This document shows positions 10,308 through 22,082 of a stretch of DNA of 64,000 nt, piece after piece. How positions within the stretch are numbered: the stretch's first letter is position 1; the number at the start of each line of letters is the position of its first letter. The stretch spans positions 1-64,000 of the forward strand of contig BROI01000021.1 in assembly GCA_027923505.1 (NCBI GenBank), read 5' to 3'. The DNA comes from Mayamaea pseudoterrestris. Taxonomy: Eukaryota. The notes beneath the pieces were generated by a model. That model ran no database searches. It was not told the origin of the DNA and saw only the letters and a program-made list of their open reading frames with translations. The position numbers and the translations under genes were made by a program.

Positions 10308-11075
10308 ATGATTGATGCTACGGCTGCACCAAGGAACGACGATGGGAATGGTCGAACGCCTTTCCTTGTTATTCAGGAGATACCAATCTTCTTTTCGGAA
10401 GACTGGAGCACAGGAATTGGTGGCGGCTTGTGGAGCACGGGCCGCATGATGGCTCACTTTTTTGCATCAAGTCACGCACGTCGTTTGATCACAAACATTT
10501 CTCGCGACCATAATTTGACAGTACTGGAACTAGGAAGTGGAAATGGACTCTTGTCGGTCTGTTTCATGGCGCTTGGCAAGGAGTTTGTCAAACATTTGGT
10601 GGTGACTGACATGGAAGATCATTTGAACCTCATTCGGCAAACCATTGCCGCCAATTCACACTTGATCAGTACATCCTCTTCATCAGAAGTAATTGTTGTG
10701 GAGCATAAGTGGGGTGTCTTTGAACCGCGCGACGAGATTCATGACTCATCGTTGGAAGCTCAAGTACGACAAGCTGCCTGCAAGTTTGATTTGATTCTTG
10801 GATCCGACGTGGCATATCATCCATCACTGTACAAACCACTGATTGCCTCACTCAAAGCTTTCTGTCACGAATCAACCGTCGCGTTGATTGGAGTCACCAT
10901 GCTAGATACGACGGTGGAATTCTTTGACATGCTATGGAGCGCAGGATTTTGCTACGAACGGACCGTTGACGCCTTGATTGATCCAGTCGAATTTCGCGGC
11001 ACTACTTTTGGGCTATTCATTGTACGACGAAGAAAGCCAAAGGCGGTTATTCAATTCAAGAAGTCGAGTCGATAG
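10308..11075 (+). CDS. SAM-dependent protein-lysine methyltransferase, copy 2 (identical protein)
   Basis: Same 255-aa translation as 8788-9555. Confidence 0.88.
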   Translation: MIDATAAPRNDDGNGRTPFLVIQEIPIFFSEDWSTGIGGGLWSTGRMMAHFFASSHARRLITNISRDHNLTVLELGSGNGLLSVCFMALGKEFVKHLVVTDMEDHLNLIRQTIAANSHLISTSSSSEVIVVEHKWGVFEPRDEIHDSSLEAQVRQAACKFDLILGSDVAYHPSLYKPLIASLKAFCHESTVALIGVTMLDTTVEFFDMLWSAGFCYERTVDALIDPVEFRGTTFGLFIVRRRKPKAVIQFKKSSR

Positions 11076-11463
11076 TAGGTGGTTAAGGTTGGGCTACAAG
11101 CACGTGACCATTCCCTGGAATGTGCGATGCTGCTGCGGCAATCAATCTCATGGCAACTAACGCAGCTTTGGCATTTGATAAAAAGCACTGCTATTTTGTA
11201 TAAGAACACATATCTCTTATTTAGCTGTAAGGTGTACTCACAGACTTAAACATGATGACTGTGAATGAATCGCGCATAATATTATTCCGTCGGATGTGTT
11301 TGTCCGACTGGTTCTCGCTTCACGCGCCGATTGCTTCTGCGACCAAGACGATACAAGGCCAAGTAGTACAATACAAATCCAAGCTTGTTATTTCTCTTTC
11401 ATGTCCAAATCTTACGTACAGTTACTGACGATATAACATTCGGCTGCTTGTTCAAAACGAATC

Positions 11464-12120
11464 ATGGCTCGCCTACTGTGGAAATTCATAGCAGGAGCTT
11501 TCGCTTTGACTTCTCTCGTGCCTTCATTGGCAGAAGCCTTCGTCGTCGTCATCGCCTCGACGAAGGCACGACCGAGATTCCCAGACAGTCAATCTTCCGT
11601 GTCACTGAATGCGGCTCCTAAAGGAGCTCTTGGTGACATTGTCATTCCAGGTCTCTTCTCGTTGCAGGATCAGGATGCATCAGTTGTCGATGATCCTCGT
11701 GTTTGGGTACCGCAGACAGACTGCCTCTCCTTTCGGCCTCTTTGCTTTTGCGTCTCGCAAGGCTACTATGTCAATCTACTCAAGTTCAAGGGAGGTGGTG
11801 TTTTGGGTCGTCATCGCCACGTGTCGCCAGTTCATGCACTAACGCTCCAGGGAAACTGGAGCTACAAGGAGCACTCCTGGCATGCCTCGCCTGGCACCTA
11901 TGTCTTTGAGCCACCCGGCGAAACACATACACTCATGGTGGACGACAACTGCGAGGAAATGATTGCCATGTTTCACGTGACGGGCGCGCTGCTTTATATA
12001 GACGAGGAGTCGGACCAGGTCACTGGCTATGACGATGTGTTTACCAAGTTGGAAAAGGCAAGGACTTGGTACAAGGAGTGCGGTTTAAACGAAGACTATG
12101 CGGAGCAATTTATTCGTTAA
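11464..12120 (+). CDS. Cupin, 2,4'-dihydroxyacetophenone dioxygenase-like, with a bipartite targeting leader
   Basis: Cupin motifs GRHRH...VHALTLQGNWSYKEH and YVFEPPGETHTL. N-terminal signal peptide ending AEA-F. Confidence 0.82.
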   Translation: MARLLWKFIAGAFALTSLVPSLAEAFVVVIASTKARPRFPDSQSSVSLNAAPKGALGDIVIPGLFSLQDQDASVVDDPRVWVPQTDCLSFRPLCFCVSQGYYVNLLKFKGGGVLGRHRHVSPVHALTLQGNWSYKEHSWHASPGTYVFEPPGETHTLMVDDNCEEMIAMFHVTGALLYIDEESDQVTGYDDVFTKLEKARTWYKECGLNEDYAEQFIR

Positions 12121-12229
12121 TAGCAAAGATAGACGTTGGTCGTTAAGGCTGATGTTGCACCGTAAACTACCTCTCATAGAAAACTTACTATCGCTATCCG
12201 TCTTGTACATTTGATGACACGCTGCCTTA

Positions 12230-15200
12230 CTATGCAAACGGATCAAACTGGTTGACCTGCCTTGTAGGTAGCTTCGTTGGTTGCGGGCGCTCTGAATGCA
12301 TTTGAGGTGGCATTTCGCCATGGTTTGGACTTATTTGTTGTTGTTGTTGCCGTTGCTGCCGTTGCTGCTGCTGCTGGACATTAGAAAAGCCGCCTTGCTG
12401 TTGTGGGAACGGGTGCGCGGTCGAGGGCAGCGATCCTGCTCCAGTATAGTTTGGTTTTGCTGTTGCTGCTTGTTCAAACTGGGCCTGTTGCAACGAATGT
12501 GAAGGGTGCTGCGTCAAATGAGATTGGAGCAATTGGTGTGATTGCGCTTCGATTTGATTTCGGTGGTGCAACATTCCAGAATTCTGACCGTGCAATGGTG
12601 GCCCTCCTCCTTGCTGATGATTCGCTACTTGCTGGAGCTGCATTTGCTGGTGTCCAGTGTTCGACGAGGGATTATTTCCAAATTGGTTTACTAAGGGTTG
12701 CGTTGGCGCGTGCATCGAGGAAGTAGGCGGCTGCGCGAACTGCTGCGCCGAAACCGGGGCTGCATGTTTGTCCGGCGCGTATGTTTGATACCGGTTCGTC
12801 TGTGGCGCAACTTGCTGCGGCAAAGACTGTTGATTCGGTTGTGTTACATGATGTTGTTGCAATGCATTCCTCGACACTGCATTCGTTGAAGGACATTGGT
12901 CGAAAGCGGATTGCTGTGATTGCGACGCTGCTTGACTTAGTGCTATAGGTCTTTGATGGAATGTTGGTGCCGCTCCTGCTTGCTGCTGGCCAAATGCCGG
13001 CTGATGATGTATATTTGAAGAGTGCTGACAATCGGTAGGTGTGAACGCTGTCGGAAATCCAGGTTGATGCATCATGATTTGCTTTTCGGGTGCACAAGCT
13101 CCCGACTGGCCTGTCGTTGTAAACGCATCGAAAGGGTTGGAGGCCGCCGGAATTTGAGCGACAGCAGTCGCAGATATATTCATATCTGTGAATGAGCCAA
13201 GCAAATCTGTGTCTATCTGACGGCCACTAACATTTGACTGGTCGGTCACATTATACGACGACGCAGCGTTTGAACCAGCAGTGAACGAGCCAAGCAAATC
13301 GCCAGTTGGCTGCTCACCTCGGTCAATGCGAACGGGTGCTGGAGCAGTGGTTGGCATGTTAACTCGCGTTCCAGTCTGGCCGATAGGGCTTGCCGCGGCA
13401 TGAAGATTTCGGAAAGGTACCGTCGGGTCAAATCGTCGGTCGCGAATAGCTTTGGGCTTTGGGTTTGCCAATTCGCGACGCCGTTCCATGCAGAATCGCC
13501 TTGTGCTAAATAGCTTGGAACGGTCAACCAGCAAGTTATAGACAGTGGCAGCTGCGCCACGGACTTGCACTGCGTTCGTCAAGCGCATATTTTCATAGTA
13601 TTTGAAAGCCCGAATTTTGTCAAGTCCGTCCGTTGCCTCCGTAACTGCAGCAACTGGACCATGGAGCAACAGATTGCGAAGAATATGCAGTGCGTGATAC
13701 GCGTGCTTCCAATTCAAACCCTTGCAATCCTGCAACCGAAGCCAGCATACTGACATGACATCGAACAGCACTAGCGTGCATTCACGACACTGTTCCACCA
13801 GCTGTGCAATCGTCCCACTATAATCACCTTCAAAGTTTTTGTTTGAGGTTAAAGACATGGCATTGCGACGGGCCGTCGACTGAAGCTGTCCAGTCACTCG
13901 CTGCGGACTTGCCTGCGCAATCTGTCCACAATTGCGGCGCACTGTCGGTATTCCAAAATCCTGGTTGTGCTGGCGGTGGTAAGCAGTGCACTGGATGAAC
14001 AATGGCATGTCTGGTGCTACTGGCCGTCCTGCACGTACTTCGTCGACGCGCGCCTTGGCAAACTCGTGAAACATTTGCGATTGAGTAAAGTTTCTCAAGA
14101 GGGGCCACATTGGAGTGCCTTCTCCTTCGCCCATGCGCTGCTTCTCCTGCAAAAAGCGATTGCCATCGAATTGTGGTACTTGCTGGCCGGGCGGTGTGGA
14201 AAGATACCACCGCATGTTTCCAAATAGGCAGACAAAGAACATGGCAAAGGCAACTCGAGCTTCCTCCTCGCATACTTCAATGTGACATGATTCCGAATAT
14301 ATGTAAGTAGCATCCATGGTCTTTTCTGGTATACGATCCGTCTCTGCGAGGCTGCCATCCATCGTTTCCTCCTCAGTTACTTCCTCAATCGGCATGCCCA
14401 TCCTGTCGCTGTCTCGTTTCAGCGCCAAGCTAACACCCTTGTTGAGAAACTTGTTTGTCTTGCCAGCCAGCATGACTATCGTCTTTTTTGCATACTTGGT
14501 TGCCTTGACCGCCGATTCACTGACATTTTGCAAACTCAATGCATCGACACCAGCATATACCACTTTTTTATCCAATTTCAAAACATCCTGGAGATCACCG
14601 GCCAAATGTTCCGGGAGCGACAAGACTCGTTCCTGAATGAATTCTCGTTGTTGCGGCACAAACAAGTCGGGCAATCGCTCAGCGACAAGTCGTTGATCAA
14701 TGTTACGCGTCTCCATGGTGTTTTGATCCAAGTGCAATACCAAAACTTCACCCAATCCATCCGTTCGATCCAACTTTGGTAGCGAGTCCGTCAAAATGCC
14801 AATCAAATATGGATACGGCGCCGCCAAGTACTGCCACATGTGTTGCGGCAATACTGGAACGTACAAGTGCTGCCAGTGAAGCATGCCTTGCGCCAACATG
14901 GCAAGTGCTGCGTGCGAGCACGATGTCAATCGTGTTGGCGACGCACTAACCAACACGATGCGACGTTCTGAAAGTAGTGCAGATACTAGACGAAGCGTAT
15001 GCGCCACGCCGACGCATCGCAGCAGTGGAAGCATGCTTGTAGTAAAGGTGACTGGCGCAAAGGTGCAGGTCGGTGGTTGCAGCATGGCGGTTGGAACGAC
15101 GAAGCGTGTTACGTCAATTTTGTTGTAGAGAGCCTCGTTTCCAACCTCCATGCCTTCGAGAGCAGCGACCATGGGCTTCCCGCGTTCACTGATTGATTTT

Positions 15201-15669
15201 CCCATGTAAGCTTGCGCAAGGTGCTGATGGTAGTTAGCGAGTGCTCGAAGGAACCAGTGGTGATTTGGTTCGTCAGCGTTGCGTCGAGGCAAGAGTTCCT
15301 TGGCGAGGGCGGTCTCTTGTGCTGCGAGTGCTTCCACGGATCTGTTTTGAATCAGGAGCGTTAACAAGAAATAGGAGTAAGCGTATGAAGAAGCAGTTAA
15401 GTCTATATATATAATACTCACTTTAATACGGCCGTAAAAACCAAGTCAGCTCCGCTTATGCGTGTCAACAAAACCAACGCTCGCTCCGGTCGTCGGCCAA
15501 CGTCATATCTCCCAGCTGGTCCATGCGGCAAGTAACGACGAACATGTCCATGGACGCGCGATCCAGATTGTAGCTGCAGCGTGAACGTGAAATGCTGAAA
15601 GCCAGGCGCCTGCATGGCGTATTTCGAGTATTTGTTGATCAAAGGAAACTCTCCCTTGTAGTTGCTTGG

Positions 15670-15706
<37 letters not shown>

Positions 15707-15903
15707 GAATGATCATACTCGGGAAAGGCAAAATTGGCAATCTGACCAATCTGCTGAGCAAGGTCTTCCTCTGGTCCATTCCCCTTGACCAAGACGGGAG
15801 GCTGGTGGCCTGCTGCGCATCCAGGATGTGGAAGATCAAGGAAAAGATCAAAGAGCGGTAATGCTTTTAAAGGATTGGTGGAATTAACTGCGTTTGCCTC
15901 CAT
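12230..15903 (-). CDS. DENN-domain protein (Rab GEF) with an ENTH domain and Q/P-rich tail; 2 exons, intron 15342-15421
   Basis: uDENN FAFP and HFTFTL, DENN LLSERRIVLVS and YVPVLP...APYPYLIG, ENTH-like NWKHAYHALHILRNLLLHG, C-terminal DPF/NPF motifs. The GT-AG intron restores the frame (K-S-V-E). Confidence 0.88.
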
Positions 15904-16104
15904 GATTATCCAGTGACGTCTAAGACAATAAGATTTGTCGCTTTGTTTGATCAAAGACGAGAATGAAACCCCTCAGGTGAATTTGTTCGTCTACCTTTGG
16001 AACGGACGATCGTCATGGCCGAGGAGCGTTTCACCGCGCGAAACTGTCGAGTCGTGTCAAAACCAGTACGACTCGTTCACAGCTTTTTCTTGGTGATCAT
16101 TTGA

Positions 16105-17283
16105 ATGAGACCACGAGACTTGCTCGACAACAGATCCAGTGACAAAACCAACATGTCGCAACATGGTAATTCTATACTGGAAGTCTCGCCAATGAGAAGT
16201 CGTAGTCTACCCACACAATTTGTCGACGCCCACCATCACTTTTTAGATACGAAGCAAAACTCCTTCCAACAAAGGTTCCTCGCATCACTTGTCGGAAATG
16301 ATGTCGCCTACTTGCCACAAGACTATGAGAGAGACGTTGTCACTACATTGAAGCATGCTGGAATTAATCTTGTATCATCGGTTCATGTGGAATGCATGCC
16401 CGATGATGGCTACGACGAAGCCTGCTGGATTGAGTTACTCTGCCAAGCCGATGTGAATAAGCAACATCAATCCAATCCATGTACAATTGCTGCCATTGTC
16501 GCGTCATGTGATTTGGCGTCGCCGAATGCGTACGATGAATTACGAAAGCTACATTCCAACTCTAAGCTCGTCCGGGGCGTTCGATGGATCCTTGATTACA
16601 CTGGTACACCTTACGAAAGCGCAACACATGTCGCAACCACTCGTCACGCACCTGGAATGGAGGATTATTTGCGAGGCGGTCCGAATGAAAGCGTCTTGCC
16701 GGAGTTTGAGCGAGGATTTGCATTCTTGGAGGAATTTGGTTACACTTTCGATTTGCAGTGCGCTCCAGAGCAACTATCTTCGGCCGCCGAGTTGTTTCGA
16801 TAATACCCAAATGTTCCGGTCGTAATTGACCACCTGGGCAAGCCTTGCGGAGTCTCTCTTCTGGACGAGGAGCGAGAACAACAACAAGAGCGTGATGAAA
16901 TCAGTGTTACAATGAATAAAGATGGAGTAAATCGCTGGCGCAAGGGCATTCGCACCATGGCCGCCCTTCCGCAAGTTTACATAAAGATATCCATGCTTGG
17001 TTATGTGGTTCCCAACTGGATAGTTGGTAGCCAAAATGAGCAGGATGTCCTCGTGGCGTTGGTCCAGGAGGCTGTGGAAACATTCGGTCCGAGTCGCTGC
17101 ATGGTCGGTTTGAACTGGTGGAGGGACGCAAGCACGTCGGACGAAGGTGGCGACGGAAGCGTGGGACCGACGCCGCTAGAGTTTCTGCACTTTTTGGCAA
17201 GCAAGTGTTTCGGTAATTATTCCGACGAAGATCGCTACATGCTGTTTGCTGGCACTGCTAAACGATTCTACAAGCTCGCTTAA
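16105..17283 (+). pseudogene. Amidohydrolase-family lactonase (Amidohydro_2, L-fuconolactonase-like) with an in-frame TAA at 16801-16803
   Basis: VDAHHH, VRGVRW, TFDLQ, then R*YPNVPVVIDHLGKP and VYIKIS...FGPSRCMVGLNW all in the same frame. Confidence 0.75.
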
Positions 17284-17479
17284 TTTGGGTCACTAGTCAC
17301 GATATGTTAATGTTGTGCCTGGCGAGGCGCATACATGTCTGTGAAAATCATGGATATTATGTAACTACAATTCGATCATACATTATGAGTTTAACAGTGA
17401 ACCCATTATTCGTTCATTATCATGGTCAAAGGCTTTCACACGTAACCATTTCGCCTTAGTTAACGTTCAACGACTGCTA

Positions 17480-18211
17480 TCACACTGTCGTCGCATGCTC
17501 CTCGTCGTGAATTTTATAGTCCGACTCGTCGATGTCGATGCGAATAACTTCCTTTCGTCGGGCCCGCATCCAAAACACAACACCGTACAGGATGGCAAAC
17601 CCTGCATATCCCAAATTCGTCAGAAACATCATGACTCCAAACTGGCTGTAAAAGCCTTGCTCTTCCAATTCAGGTCCCTCTGTTTGGACGCCACCTTCTA
17701 GCCCGCCAATGAGAAACATGATCATTAACGAAAAGTTTCCAAAAACGGCGAGAGCAACGCATACTCGGTACAAGTCGCTCCCGTTCTTCAATTGTCGATA
17801 ACCAAACCACACCAAAGCGCTAAATAGCAGCAAGGCCCAGATATAGACCAACACCATGGCTGGATTGTTCGATTGCGACTCTTCTCGACGGCGCTGGTCC
17901 TCTTCGCTCGCAAAGAACCACCACCAGGGTGTATTGGAGTCTTCGTCGTTTCGATTGTTATCTTGTTGCTGATTTTGATCATCTCCGTCGCCATCGTAAT
18001 ACTGACTATTGCATCCCCACTGCCACCAGCGACAATTGTTTGTATATTCTTGCTCTTGGTCGTCTTGCTGCTCCCCTTGATCGTCATTCTGCTGTCGCGC
18101 CAATCGACCCCGAGCGGCTCCCATGACAATGAGTGGAACGAGCCATGCCAAAACGGCCGTCGCAAAATAGATGCATAGAAAGGGGCTGACGACGATGCGG
18201 GGAAATGGCAT
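17480..18211 (-). CDS. Multi-pass membrane protein with an N/Q/D-rich loop, function unknown
   Basis: About four hydrophobic segments and a CRWWQWGC motif in an acidic Q/N-rich loop. Start taken at ATG 18211. Confidence 0.72.
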   Translation of the reverse strand: MPFPRIVVSPFLCIYFATAVLAWLVPLIVMGAARGRLARQQNDDQGEQQDDQEQEYTNNCRWWQWGCNSQYYDGDGDDQNQQQDNNRNDEDSNTPWWWFFASEEDQRRREESQSNNPAMVLVYIWALLLFSALVWFGYRQLKNGSDLYRVCVALAVFGNFSLMIMFLIGGLEGGVQTEGPELEEQGFYSQFGVMMFLTNLGYAGFAILYGVVFWMRARRKEVIRIDIDESDYKIHDEEHATTV

Positions 18212-18524
18212 TTCTTCAGAATTGTTTGCTCGTAGACAGCAGCAAAATTTAGAATTTGGCTGCAGTAGCGAAACGGACGTTTGAAGCGAGTGTTCGCTCT
18301 TCTTCCGTTGACGGAAGCGTTGAAAGAATGACCCTAACATCTCGTCGCGACGAATAATCACAGCGATCACAACGATATGACCTCCCAAATCAACACATTT
18401 TTAAAGAAGTAAGATCATCTGTCAAGCTACAGCGACTCACTTGACTTGCACTGTTGGTAAGAGGCATGTGAAGGCGATGGCAGATAGGTTTTTACGCTTG
18501 ACGAATCCTCGAAAGACCGCAACA

Positions 18525-18886
18525 ATGCCAATGTAAAGTGCGTCATGAGGCTATAGTGTGAAACGAGTGCCAGTGAAAACTGCGTCATGAGGCAATACTG
18601 TGGTACGAGTGCCAGTGAAAACTGCGTCACAAGGCAATATTATAAAACGGAGGCCAGTGAAAACTGCGTCACGAGGCTATAGTATGAAACGAGTACCAGT
18701 GAAAACTGCGCCCGAGACAATATAAAGTCTGAAACGGGTGCCAGTGAAAACAACGTCACAAGGCAATAGTGTGAAACGAGTGCCAGTGAAAACTGCATCA
18801 AAAGGCAATAATGTGAAACGAGTGCCAGTGAAAACTGCGTCATTCAGGCAATAGTATGAAACAAGTGCCAGTGAAAACTTCGTCAT
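18525..18886. repeat. 42-bp minisatellite, about 9 units (core GAAACGAGTGCCAGTGAAAACTGCGTCA)
   Basis: Core recurs at 18567, 18609, 18651, 18693, 18738, 18780, 18822 and 18865, plus a degenerate unit at 18525. Confidence 0.93.
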
Positions 18887-19010
18887 CACGACGTGTGCAC
18901 GCAAAAGCACTTCATTGGCATGCATGGCAATGGACAATGGAGACAATGGACTGTCTTTTCATCACCTTCATTCTTAGATAAATTGCATTCATTGATACTC
19001 GAATTGTTCC

Positions 19011-20488
19011 ATGTCCTCCTTGGCGCAGCGCTTGCGTCTGCTTTGGAATCCGAAGCAAGAAGAAGATTCGTCACTTCCGTCTTGGTTACGATGCTGCCAT
19101 GGCAATGAAGCGACAATATCCATTGATCAAGATGACATTTCGTATTATCGCTCAAAGCGACGGCAACATTGTTCAACAGAAAAGACCATGGATATGAGTT
19201 CTAGTGTTTCCGTGGAACATGAAGAAGACAACGAGAGTGATATGTCGGCGCCCCATCGCCATAAGAAATATGCTGCACCTTCTGAATCGACTGGCGCGAA
19301 CGACAGTGGATACACGACAAAGAGCAATTCGATTATATATATGCTCTCGACAATTCCATTTTAGAAGACTACCAAGAAAGTCAGTCTGCTATTTGCCGGC
19401 TCGGAACGCAAGCTGATAAACAACGTACGCATTCAGCAAATGCTGCAACGACCTCGCCACTCTGCGAAAAGCATTTGCAGCAACGAATCATTAAAGTTAG
19501 CTGGCCACGAGTGCCACAGACTCCCCAAGGCTGGAACGAATTTCACGATCTGTCAGCCATTTTGTCAGCGAGTAACGCAAGTGTGCTGGACGCAGGTGAG
19601 CTGCATGGCCAAGATTCACCCCAGCAGCATCTTGGTGCACCATATTCGCCCTATCCGCAAGGACCTCGAACGAACGAAATCCAATCATCGGCCCCCGAAC
19701 ATCAAACGTCATCATGTAAACTAATGATTTCGGGCTATACCAGCGACGAAGACGAAAACTATATCAGCAGCGCTCTACGAAAGCTCACGCGAGTCTGTCG
19801 GCGATTGGATGTAACGTTAAACGAGACTCCGCAGCAAGGAGTCCTTGCAGCCGCCCTACTCTTATCCACACTCATGACGCAGCATTTGTGCAGCAAGTCA
19901 GCGCTGATGGAGGCATACCGCATCATTACGACTTTGTCGCAGCATTCAATGTCGTTCTGTCAAGCGGCGTTGACTGACAATTTCGATTTCTCGCCTGCAG
20001 CAACGCCTCCTACAGTTCTTGACTGCATCTTGGCGGGCATGAAGCAATTTTCCGACGAGGAAAATGTCCAAGTGCATGGCACTGGAGCATTGATTATGCT
20101 ATTACTGCGAGCGAGTGAATTTCAATGTCAGCAATTTGTGTTTGAGCGCAGTGGTAGCCAGGTCGTGATTTCAGCCATGCGAACGTATCTTGATTCGCGC
20201 GACTTGCAGGAGCTCGGCTTGATTCTTTTAGCAATGGTCTGCGAGTATACATCGTTGCGCGTGCCCGTCGTCAAATTAGGTGCTTTGCGCGCGGCGGATG
20301 CTGCCCTCCAGCGACACTCGGACGATGTACCAGTGGTCCTACTGGCCCAGAAAGCGATTGTCAAATTCTGTCAAGAAAAGCACTTGTACGACGATGATGG
20401 AAATCATTTGTTTCGCTTCTATCAGGAGCAAATCCACGGTGCGGCTGTCGCTTCGCCTGATGAAAAAATGAATACTATTCAGCTTTAA
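19011..20488 (+). CDS. Armadillo-repeat protein with an apparent 1-bp frameshift near 19285
   Basis: C-terminal ARM-like repeats (ILAGMKQFSDEENVQVHGTGAL, VISAMRTYLDSRDLQELG). The downstream frame is open from about 19286 (IDWRERQWIHDK...). Confidence 0.6.
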
Positions 20489-20598
20489 AAATGTGTGTCT
20501 CATGATACAGTTACAAACAAGTGAACGTTTCCAAGCCGCTATAAATTTAAAATCATTAGCTAATCAATTCTCCTAGCGCAACTTAGAATAGGCAACGA

Positions 20599-20927
20599 TC
20601 ATGGCTGTGGGCATGAGACTGAACCATGCCAAATGGCATTGCCGAACTCGCGTGGCCAAGTGACGTATCGCTCCAAGCAGCCAACGATTCCTCGGCAGCA
20701 GTAGCAAATCGATTCAAACGGCTAGGTGACACAAATGAGAGAGCAATGTGCAATGAGCATGGATCTTTATTTGCCTATTGTAAGTGTCGACCTGAGGCAC
20801 GATCGGCATTTACCTGCAGAAAGATCCATGCAACGTTAAGCAAAAAGGCAACTGGCCAACCCACGAGTACCAGCAGAATGATCCAGACAATGCTCAAGCA
20901 GCAAGTTTCAATGCTTCGTATGGACAT
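20599..20927 (-). CDS. Small Cys-rich membrane protein, 78 aa, 2 exons (20927-20814 and 20721-20599), not in the ORF track
   Basis: Manual splice over a 92-nt GTAAAT...CTAG intron gives MSIRSIETCCLSIVWIILLVLVGWPVAFLLNVAWIFLQPFESICYCCRGIVGCLERYVTWPREFGNAIWHGSVSCPQP*. Confidence 0.8.
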
Positions 20928-22082
20928 GGTGGGCGTGGATGTTGTTTTGGTATTCTTGTTGCGCCACGAAAGTGGAACATCCTAGGACAACGCCGTTACG
21001 CTGAGCGAAGCAGGGCCTTCGGTGATCCGTGTCGCAAGCGACCTGAGCGACGGAAGATCATTACAGAATAGCTTTTACAAAATCCCTGTTAGTAGGGAAA
21101 TTCGCAAGACTGTGACCTTAACAGGACGACTCAAGTCCGCAAAGATCTTCAACCGAACCACTGGTCCGAAAACATACCCAAGTCGAGAATACACAACTTC
21201 CAAATCTATAAACGGTTTTTTTCGCGAAGGGGACCTGGCCTGGCAGTGGTCACCACAAGCCATGGATCAATGAGCTGTCAACTTGCAGATGCATCATCGC
21301 CTTGCAGCCTTTCGAGCGCAACCATGCTCGCTTGGATGTCCAAAAATGTCAATAAAAGAATAGCCACATGATTTAGAATGGAAAGAATTCGCTGAACGCT
21401 TATGTAGCGCATGGTGAATGACGACGGAAATGAACTGATCGGAGGACTTTCGTTGCTGCGAATTTTCATTGCTGCGATGAAAATCTCGGCTTTATATTTG
21501 GTAGGCGCGCTTATCCCGCCATTTTGTTAGCCTGGTGCAAGCATGACAATTGTGGTGTCGAATAGAGTTGTCCCATGTAAAAAATGGATATCATAGCAAC
21601 TTTAGCTACTCATCGCCGTCCAGTGTCCACTGCCTCTGCCCCTCATTGTTTGTCGGCCACCAATGCTTAGTTCGTCATCCATTTTGGCATTCGCTGTTCG
21701 CTAGTTACTTGATGTATAACCAATTAAAAGACCTCTCGTGTCGTCCTTGCCTGTGAGCGCAAAAGAACTCAGTAAGGTACAGTATAGTAGTGTACGACGA
21801 CAAGATCCCTCGTCTTCTCGTGCCATGGTGAAGCGTCGCCGTCGGGTGAGTTATGGTGCGACAAAAGTTTCTTGAAAACGCACTCGCTTCGGTACTCGTC
21901 GCCTGTCGACGATAACGCGCCACACTCGTTCACAATGGCGGAACAAGATTTGGATCTGGATACAAGTCCCATCCAGTATTGACTGTAAATCCAAAACGAA
22001 CACACACCGGTAGTAAAACCGCAAGTCCCTTCTACTGATTGATTATCTGACGTCGGCAAAGTCCTTTTTAAGCGCAAAAGTC

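Larger units (their letters stand above)
8406..11445. repeat. Head-to-tail 1520-bp tandem duplication (8406-9925 and 9926-11445)
   Basis: All ORFs repeat identically at an offset of 1520. The junction ...CATTCGGCT|CTCGAGCCAGG joins unique sequence back into the satellite. Confidence 0.95.

Noticed and set aside
15672..15706. (GCT)n microsatellite
   Set aside because: Ordinary poly-Gln tract in the DENN gene.
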